From contig CAVWVI010000003.1 in NCBI GenBank assembly GCA_963758495.1, forward strand, positions 256,001-320,000: DNA of 64,000 nucleotides, written 5' to 3'. This DNA comes from Oligoflexia bacterium. Lineage in GTDB: Bacteria; Bdellovibrionota; UBA1018. The translations under genes were made by a program, and so were the position numbers. This document shows, piece by piece, positions 57,005 to 64,000 of this stretch. The notes under the pieces are model-generated. The model had not been told where the DNA came from, searched no databases, and was given only the letters and a program-made list of their open reading frames with translations. How positions within the stretch are numbered: the first letter of the stretch is position 1; each line of letters opens with the position of its first letter.

Positions 57005-59452
57005 TCACGGTTTATTTCTCGTTTCAAGAATTTGACGAAGTCGCCTGGCCGCTGCAACTTTACAGACTCCCTCTTCATCTAATCTAATTGCTTCTTCAAG
57101 TTCAACCTGCGCCTTTTCCAAATCTCCCATCGCAATCAATACTAGCGAATAGTTATAGTGGGTTTCTGCCCAAGCGGTATCGAGATCGACTGCTTTTCTC
57201 ACCGCACCCAGAGCATCCTCAAGTCGCCCCAGCTTAACAAAACTATGCGATAGATTAGAATAGCTTACGCCCCTATTTTGAAGTGAAGCTTCCATTTCTA
57301 ATGCCGCATGCAAGTAAGGAATAGCTCCACTGTAGTCTCCCTTCATGTTTAGAGTGTAGCCTAAACTATTCAAGCCGAACCAGTCTTGCGCATCAAGCTC
57401 GACACAACGCCTGAAAGCATCTTCGCCGGATTGATAGTCCCCCAATCTCACTGCTGCAAAACCTAAATAGTACCAGTGTGCACTATCTTTGGGCGATTGA
57501 TGGACCAGTCTCTTGAATGTCGACATAGCTTGCTCATACGAACACATTTCAAGGAATGTCATGCCCAACGATGAAAGCAGATCCTCGTTCTCCGGGTCCT
57601 CTTTGAGCCCTTCCAACAGGAGTGCTCTAGATTCTACAAATTTCTTGTTCTTTCTTAAGGCATCTGAAAGAGAGTCTCTCGCCTGAATCCATTTTGGACA
57701 GTCTTTAACAACAGCCTCTAAATGCTCAATTGCAGAATCATACTTTTGTTGTTTTAAATTACAGATCCCTAACAAATAAAATGTAATTGGATGAAAGTCA
57801 GAACTCAAACCTTGGAGAACTGCTTCAGCCAATGAATATTGCTTCTGATTAAGATACATGCGGGCGAGTTCATTTGAAATCGGTCTACTATTCCTAAATC
57901 GTCCCAACCCATTTTTGGCGATTGAGATTGCTTCTGTGGGTTGATCGTCTTGAAAATAAGCTCTCGCCAATGTCTCGAATAGACTCTCGTCTCCCGCGTC
58001 TTTGAATCTCAACAGCACAGATATTATTCGCTTTGGAGCAATATTGTTCGCAAGCGCGTAACCACACATCTCAGACCAAAATGCAGGATAAGTAAAAATG
58101 GCTTTATGGCTCTGCTCCAGCCATTCAATCATCTTGTCAGGACTCCCATTCAAAAACGAAGCAAGAGACCCAAATATATAAGTCACGGCTTCATTGGGCT
58201 TGAGAATTAAAAGTTCCTCCGCAGTATTCTCAAGATCGCTATAAGCCCGTCTCCGAAGCTGTATTAATCCATTTATGCGAAGACCTAGATATTTTTCCTT
58301 CTTTTCTTTCAGTAAAGGACCAATTGCTTTCTCTGCGATTTCTAATTCATCGAGAGTTATAGCAAAACTTGCAACCTTATTCCTATTTCGGCTGTCTTTA
58401 AGGCTTTCAAGGTCAATATCCTTTAATGCTTTTACTGCGGATGTTTGTTGTTTTTTATCAAAGTATATTTCAGCCGTCTTTACTAGCAGGAGCGCCTTGC
58501 TATCTGGATCATTGGTGGTCTTCAAGTATCTTCCATAAAGATCCAAAGCCTCATCAAACTCTCCCTCAAGTCGAAGAATTTTGCCAAGCAACAATACCGA
58601 CGCGTTTTCTTCCAAAGTCCTGGCGATTAGGTATCGCCTTGCTAACTCGATTTCCTTCTTTTCCAGAAGAAATTCTGCAATTTGCCGGAGCTCCTTTTCG
58701 GTCATTTTGGAGTGCTCTAAAATTCTTTCGAAGATTTTTATAGCATTTTCCCTTTGACCAGCTAGATATGCGCGCTTAGCTCCAGCGAACAGGGCCGACT
58801 TAGGAGTGACAGAAAGTGCCCGCTTCTTAATTCTGTACGCAGCAAGTGAAGATACGAGTTCATTACTAATATTAGGGGCAGTTGTTTTCAAAGAATAGAA
58901 ATAGAAAGCTTTCTTCGAAGAGGGAGACACTTCCCTATCTGCCTGCAGCGCGGGATTCATTAAGTTGGATTTGGAGATCTCTTTCTTCCCCTCAGAACTG
59001 AGTGTTACATTCACACACTTTTCAATAAAGGCCCTTCCTTCAGAAGAAAGTAACCTAATTTTTGACAGAAGCATCAATTCCGCGCCTGAATATCCCTGGA
59101 TTTGGGGGATAAGGGTTTCTGAACCTTGAACGGTGGTCTGAGGCAGCTCCGATTTCAAGCTTAAAGTCAAACGCAAGAATTCCCTTGGCTCTTCCTGTAG
59201 GAAAGTTGCAAGTCTAGAGGCCATTTTCAAATTGGGAACATACTGCCCGCGCTCAATTTTGGAAATATAGGTAACATGTTTTTCTAATAGTTTCGCTAGA
59301 TTAGCTTGTGACAGGCCTAATTTTTCCCGTTTCGCGGCTATCATCCGCCCATAAACGCCAGGAGTAACTTCCCCTCGCACTGCTACTTTTTCCGATGATT
59401 CCGTCCATTCATTCATAGAATGATTATAGCATAGCATGATTATGCTACTCAA
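57005..59452 (-). CDS. XRE-HTH plus multi-TPR protein
   Basis: REKLGLSQANLAKLL..YISKIERG HTH; many TPRs (WYYLGFA, YSNLSHSF, HYNYSLVL); start uncertain. Confidence 0.88.
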   Translation of the reverse strand: MSSIIMLCYNHSMNEWTESSEKVAVRGEVTPGVYGRMIAAKREKLGLSQANLAKLLEKHVTYISKIERGQYVPNLKMASRLATFLQEEPREFLRLTLSLKSELPQTTVQGSETLIPQIQGYSGAELMLLSKIRLLSSEGRAFIEKCVNVTLSSEGKKEISKSNLMNPALQADREVSPSSKKAFYFYSLKTTAPNISNELVSSLAAYRIKKRALSVTPKSALFAGAKRAYLAGQRENAIKIFERILEHSKMTEKELRQIAEFLLEKKEIELARRYLIARTLEENASVLLLGKILRLEGEFDEALDLYGRYLKTTNDPDSKALLLVKTAEIYFDKKQQTSAVKALKDIDLESLKDSRNRNKVASFAITLDELEIAEKAIGPLLKEKKEKYLGLRINGLIQLRRRAYSDLENTAEELLILKPNEAVTYIFGSLASFLNGSPDKMIEWLEQSHKAIFTYPAFWSEMCGYALANNIAPKRIISVLLRFKDAGDESLFETLARAYFQDDQPTEAISIAKNGLGRFRNSRPISNELARMYLNQKQYSLAEAVLQGLSSDFHPITFYLLGICNLKQQKYDSAIEHLEAVVKDCPKWIQARDSLSDALRKNKKFVESRALLLEGLKEDPENEDLLSSLGMTFLEMCSYEQAMSTFKRLVHQSPKDSAHWYYLGFAAVRLGDYQSGEDAFRRCVELDAQDWFGLNSLGYTLNMKGDYSGAIPYLHAALEMEASLQNRGVSYSNLSHSFVKLGRLEDALGAVRKAVDLDTAWAETHYNYSLVLIAMGDLEKAQVELEEAIRLDEEGVCKVAAARRLRQILETRNKP

Positions 59453-59768
59453 TGAAAAATTGGTATTTACTATTTGACATCTAGCGAATAGCCATGTAGA
59501 ATATTAGGTACAGATGTGGGTTCTTAAAATTTCGTAGATGGCTGCAGGTAGTCTGCAGGTTTTGAAAAAGAAAAAGAAGACAGCATTGTTTGCGCAAAGC
59601 TGCCTTCTCAAAAAAGTTGTCCGGAAAAACCGAGCAAGTTTTATTAGACCGGCAGTCATAATAATACCTATTCGACCATCCAAAGGACAGCAAAAACTAC
59701 CAGGAAAGGCCACAGCCTGAGGGGAAACTATTCCCTTAATACTGGGTGTCGTCCATGAGGTGTAATGA

Positions 59769-59975
59769 ATGTCGAATATAATCACTTATAAACCAGGTCA
59801 AATTGCAACGCAGTCAGGTATCTATAGAGTCCTTCATGATTTTTGCCACTCCAAGTATCATGAGGTGACAGTTGTGGCAGGAGATAGGTTTCCTCCCTGC
59901 CACGGTTGTTCAACCAATTTACGCTTTGCTCTAGTCCGCGCTGCCATCCACATCAACTACCTGAACCATAGATAG
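59769..59975 (+). CDS. YjzC-like small zinc-ribbon protein
   Basis: YKPGQIATQSGIY...GDRFPPCHGC; GAGG RBS. Confidence 0.75.
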   Translation: MSNIITYKPGQIATQSGIYRVLHDFCHSKYHEVTVVAGDRFPPCHGCSTNLRFALVRAAIHINYLNHR

Positions 59976-59982
59976 GCAAACT

Positions 59983-60032
59983 GTCCAATAAAGAACACAT
60001 AGGTACCAATTCAAGTGTGTTCTTTATTGGAC
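59983..60032 (+). terminator. 17-bp perfect hairpin with T-rich tail
   Basis: gtccaataaagaacaca / tgtgttctttattggac. Confidence 0.7.
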
Positions 60033-60093
60033 CTATTTTATACTTTTTTTATTTATTAAAAATAAAACAATCTATTTCCGACTTGGAGATTCT

Positions 60094-61761
60094 ATGAAAA
60101 ACAGCAAAAGTTTCGCAATTTCCGTATTTCTTTCAAAGAAGGGCATACATAAAGAAGATTGCATAAAAAAAGAGAAAATTGAAGAATTTAAGGCAGTGAA
60201 AATTCCTCTCAAATCTCAAATCAAAGGTGATTTGTATTTATATTGTCGAAAGTCTCCGATCCCACACTGGTTTGAGTACTTGTCACCAGTCATAAAGAAG
60301 GAGCATCCTCTTTCGAGCCCATTAAAACCCAGCTATTCCAACTCCGGATTGCTTGTTCTGGAATTGCAATCACTTTCGCGATGCGCTATTTTCTCTTTTG
60401 GCTATGGCAAGAGCCTCCTAAGATCAGACTTCATTGAGCCATACTTTGGGAGGAATGTTGTCTTGAACTCCGTTGACCCCTGCAAAATGTTAGCTGCCAA
60501 GAGTAGGTCATATGAGCGTCAGCCAAGGCACAAAGACAATCAAGTTTCAGCTTGCTCGAATTTACACGAGTTCGACCTAAATCTGGAAAATGAAATTCTT
60601 CAGAGAATGACTGGCCAGTATGATGATAGTTTTATTACAAAAGAAGGATTTAATAAGACCACTATTGGCCGGAAGGTATCAGGATATCATTCTTTTGGCT
60701 TCACGACTCGAATTCCAATAGATCGTATCGATCCCTTCCTTAAATGGCTCTTCAAAACTTTTGAAAGCACTAAATATAAAAAGATATTGCCGGACATTGA
60801 TTCGTTCCAGCCGATAATTTCTCAAAAACTCACTTTACAACTAAATCAACTACTATTAAATAAGATTAAAGATTCAAACTCCGACGGGCTCCACCTATCT
60901 ATCCCTAACATGCTAGATCCAATGGAATTTCTAAGAATATCAATCAAAGGGCCCAATGGTAGAGAACTAGGGCAGATAGACTCCAGCACCGTATCTTTGG
61001 ATCAAGTTCAAGAATTTCTATCAAAAGCTGAGAGTTGTAATTTCACTGACACTGAAAACTGGGAGAGGCGCTTCAGAATATTGTGTCATTCCGAGATTGA
61101 TCCGGTTAGGAATCAAAGCTTTAGCATATTTCGATGTATAACCGGGGAAATTGCTTACAATGGAACTACCTATGCTCTTATGGATGGCGATTGGTATGAA
61201 ATCAATAAGAATTTCCTCGATCGCATCATTAAATCCTTAAATAAGTATGTTAGGAAAGGTTTTGCGAGACTTTCAGCTTATGAGGACCTCGACACGACAG
61301 AATTTAATTATAACAAACGACAGGGTATGGAATCTGGATATGAGGTTTTTGACCAAAACGTGGTGAAGCTACGGGGCAAAGGAAGAGTAGAAGTTTGTGA
61401 CCTTCTATGTCAGTCGGGCAAGTTAATTCATGTCAAAAAATACACTGCTTCATCAACTCTGAGTCACCTTTTTTCTCAAGGATTTGTCTCAATCAAAGCT
61501 TTGGTAGAAGATGCTACATTTAGAAAAACATTCTTGGATAAAATTTCCGACCAAAAGTTAAGAAAGAAAATGGAATCCTCTTTAAAAAGAAGAACGGTTC
61601 CCGTTGTCTTTGCCATCCTAATTAAAGAGTCCTCTCATCACAAGGAAGAGAAAAAAATCGAGAATCTCCCTGCATTTAGCATTGTAAATCTCTTCAAATT
61701 TGCCAGGGACATTGAGACTCTAGGATTTAAGCCGGTCGTTCAGTTCGTTTTCCAATCTTAA
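60094..61761 (+). CDS. DUF6119/TIGR04141-like sporadically distributed protein
   Basis: FSFGYGKSLL, FGRNVVLN, DGDWYEI, EVCDLL, IHVK..SSTLSHLFSQG. Confidence 0.8.
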   Translation: MKNSKSFAISVFLSKKGIHKEDCIKKEKIEEFKAVKIPLKSQIKGDLYLYCRKSPIPHWFEYLSPVIKKEHPLSSPLKPSYSNSGLLVLELQSLSRCAIFSFGYGKSLLRSDFIEPYFGRNVVLNSVDPCKMLAAKSRSYERQPRHKDNQVSACSNLHEFDLNLENEILQRMTGQYDDSFITKEGFNKTTIGRKVSGYHSFGFTTRIPIDRIDPFLKWLFKTFESTKYKKILPDIDSFQPIISQKLTLQLNQLLLNKIKDSNSDGLHLSIPNMLDPMEFLRISIKGPNGRELGQIDSSTVSLDQVQEFLSKAESCNFTDTENWERRFRILCHSEIDPVRNQSFSIFRCITGEIAYNGTTYALMDGDWYEINKNFLDRIIKSLNKYVRKGFARLSAYEDLDTTEFNYNKRQGMESGYEVFDQNVVKLRGKGRVEVCDLLCQSGKLIHVKKYTASSTLSHLFSQGFVSIKALVEDATFRKTFLDKISDQKLRKKMESSLKRRTVPVVFAILIKESSHHKEEKKIENLPAFSIVNLFKFARDIETLGFKPVVQFVFQS

Positions 61762-62022
61762 GATCCTAGTGAGAGTATCTCAATCACTCAAGAGGTACTC
61801 TCACAATTTCGTAATTGTAGTCTTGCCAAACCACAACACTTGTTCTTTCAGGGTATCAAAGTCTCATAACTTCTTTCCCATTCAACGATGAATCGTATGT
61901 TCTTAAACGCTTAGATTCTAGTAAACATTCATTTTACTTATCAGGACTGTTAAATGTGTCCTAAATGACATTTTTTATTTATTACATCAAGTTCACACCT
62001 GATTTACCCGACTTTAATGTAG

Positions 62023-63042
62023 GTGAAGATCATATTCTTCTTATTAGTGCTCTTTCCCACTATTGCTTATAGTGCTGACTGGTTTTGTAAAGAAGGTGGG
62101 TCATCCTGGAACGAAAACATGCTTACGGTATGTGGAATCGGTGAGGCTAAGACCGAGGAAGATGCCAAGATTGCAGCGCTAAGAAATGCCGCTCAAGAAT
62201 TTAAGGAACTATGTTTGCAGTCAGCAGATTGCCGTAATCATGATTCAAGAATTGACCCTAAACGCACTGATTGCGAACGAATAAATGGGACATACAAATG
62301 CTATCGTGCATTTAGGTACGAAATCATCGATAAAATTTCACCTACCGCTTTTGATGAGTACCAAAAAAAACTCCTGGATGAGGAGATAGACCTAAGTGAA
62401 AAAAAATTACAGGAAATGCGTGCTATCAAGGAACGCGAGCAAAAACTTGCGGACCTAAATAAAAAGATAAATAGCGGTAATGTCAGTGAGGACAAGACAA
62501 TTGACTCATCTGACCAAACGCCCTTCAGGGGTATCTCAAGCGGGTTTGATATAGGATTTGATTTTCTGAGCATTAGTTCAGCGGCATTTAGTGGTGAAGG
62601 AGTGTTCTTTTCTGCAGGTTTGAGCTTACAATACCGGGTTGAAGGCTATGGTGATGTTGAGATTGGAGGAAATCTTGACATAGCTTTCCCAACTTCAAGT
62701 AGTTCAACTGGTTCCCCATTTTCATTTGCCACACCTAGTTCAATTGTTACAACTGGCTCTGATTATTATCTTATGATTCCAATGTACTTAAGGGTTTACA
62801 ATAGCTCTGACAATGCGGACAATTCAGCTTTTTTTGTTGCTCCAGAAGTGAGAACTTATCAATATCAAGGATTGTCACGGACTGGTGTTGGGGCATCATT
62901 TGGATGGAAAACTGTTGGAAAAAGATCTAAGGGGGTAGCAGATGCTGTTTCTTTTCGAATTGGAGCTTCCAATCTTATCGACCCATCTGGTCTGCCGCCA
63001 GTTTTTTCCGTCTTTTTAACATGGCCTATAATACCTCTATGA
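62023..63042 (+). CDS. Hypothetical exported protein (Cys-containing N-domain, coiled coil, probable beta-barrel C-terminus)
   Basis: Signal peptide ending AYS-A; amphipathic beta strands in the C-terminal half. Confidence 0.7.
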   Translation: MKIIFFLLVLFPTIAYSADWFCKEGGSSWNENMLTVCGIGEAKTEEDAKIAALRNAAQEFKELCLQSADCRNHDSRIDPKRTDCERINGTYKCYRAFRYEIIDKISPTAFDEYQKKLLDEEIDLSEKKLQEMRAIKEREQKLADLNKKINSGNVSEDKTIDSSDQTPFRGISSGFDIGFDFLSISSAAFSGEGVFFSAGLSLQYRVEGYGDVEIGGNLDIAFPTSSSSTGSPFSFATPSSIVTTGSDYYLMIPMYLRVYNSSDNADNSAFFVAPEVRTYQYQGLSRTGVGASFGWKTVGKRSKGVADAVSFRIGASNLIDPSGLPPVFSVFLTWPIIPL

Positions 63043-63977
63043 AAATCTACCGGCGCGTGATTGTTTTATCTCGTCATTTTTTCTGTATTCTACTCCTTCT
63101 GCTTTCAACTGCTTGTAACACCGTTAGGGTTAGTCAAAAGATATCTTACTATTTGAAACCTTTAAAAGCCCCATGTATAGAAGGACCGTTGAAAATTGAT
63201 TATCGACATCAGAATAGTATTTGGTCTGATGCATCATTTATAGTGATTCAAAATACTTCATCTGAAACAGTCAGACTCGATTTGGAAACCTTATCCATCT
63301 TTCAGGATGGGGTATTGATTCCGAATATTGACTTTGAAAATAACCCAAACACAACTAAGACATTAAAAATTTCGAATTCTATCGCGGATACTAGTACCCA
63401 TATGGAAGATATATCAGGCTACTATTTGCAAAACTCATTTGGAAATAACTTCTCCGCTCAAAATAGCACTGAATTCAAAAATCGACGCTTCCTCTTTATT
63501 ATCCCAGATGGGACTGTGTTTCTTCGCATAGCCGACATTCCAAATCAGAACTACAATAGAGTGCTGAACAATTTCAAAGCAACCTACGAGAACATGAAAG
63601 ATGATACTGAGTCTACGCCTGAAGAGCCTGTTGAAATGATAAGACAGAAAAAAGAACACGAAGAGTCTCAAGATGGGCCGAAGGTTACTCCATTCAATAA
63701 AAAGGCTTCTCTTTTTAAGAGCTTTCTCTCCCTTCTTACGTCGAAGAAAGTAGAAATTCAGATGGATCTGCTGATTACCTACAAAAAGTTAAACTCAGAA
63801 CAGACTGAACTATCGTGTTCCAAATTTCAGATTAGAAATGCCGAAGAAATCCTACTTGAAGAGAATGATACCAGCTATTCTATTAAGAAGCATAAGTATC
63901 CTGACTCCAGATTGCTCGGCATTTCGAGCCAAGACCGTACTATTTTTGAAAAAGTACTCACTACTCTCTTGAAATGA
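63039..63977 (+). CDS. Hypothetical lipoprotein
   Basis: ATGA overlap with the upstream stop; lipobox STAC. Confidence 0.7.
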   Translation: MKIYRRVIVLSRHFFCILLLLLSTACNTVRVSQKISYYLKPLKAPCIEGPLKIDYRHQNSIWSDASFIVIQNTSSETVRLDLETLSIFQDGVLIPNIDFENNPNTTKTLKISNSIADTSTHMEDISGYYLQNSFGNNFSAQNSTEFKNRRFLFIIPDGTVFLRIADIPNQNYNRVLNNFKATYENMKDDTESTPEEPVEMIRQKKEHEESQDGPKVTPFNKKASLFKSFLSLLTSKKVEIQMDLLITYKKLNSEQTELSCSKFQIRNAEEILLEENDTSYSIKKHKYPDSRLLGISSQDRTIFEKVLTTLLK

Positions 63978-64000
63978 CCGTTTTAAACCTGATTTAGGAT

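Larger units (their letters stand above)
39417..64000. mobile_element. Integrative conjugative element inserted at tRNA-Glu; extends beyond the window
   Basis: tRNA-adjacent int/xis, coupling protein, relaxase-like gene, VirB2-10-like genes and accessory cargo; no second copy of the tRNA 3' end seen, so the right boundary is inferred. Confidence 0.85.

Noticed and set aside
59481..59785. Three overlapping short ORFs as a signalling-peptide gene for the HTH-TPR protein
   Set aside because: No clear RBS plus signal-peptide combination; none can be supported
39493..64000. Distal att direct repeat of the tRNA-Glu 3' end
   Set aside because: No second copy of ttcgaatccccgtggggacgcca found by eye; it probably lies beyond the window

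Overview
AT-rich bacterial chromosome segment. Gene content and protein families (DUF222-like HNH remnants, SlyD/RRM/IF-1 cluster, sigma54 motifs) suggest Bdellovibrionota/Oligoflexia; this taxon call is an inference. About 1-39.4 kb is mostly core genome: LPS heptose genes, cmk, hisC, queC, rimI, comM/comEC, rluA, murF, sua5, rib genes, czcD, tRNA-Arg(UCG), a cold-shock-like cluster, a NodIJ-type ABC transporter and ompA. It also holds accessory genes, decayed mobile DNA and a dispersed ~45-bp intergenic repeat. From tRNA-Glu (39417-39492) to the window end lies an integrative conjugative element (ICE). Its features are: (i) a tyrosine integrase whose frame runs antisense through the whole tRNA; (ii) one ~11-kb minus-strand operon of pilin, VirB3/4, VirB5, VirB6, mini-VirB9, VirB10, TraV-like, a 172-nt strand-asymmetric hairpin, PD-(D/E)XK relaxase, coupling protein, lipoprotein, xis and int; (iii) a sigma54 promoter facing a divergent NtrC-type activator/SDR/histidine kinase module; (iv) cargo with a YhaV-like toxin and divergent HTH gene, an HTH-TPR protein and a DUF6119-like protein. 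The far att site was not seen in the window. Family assignments come from motif recognition by eye, not database searches.
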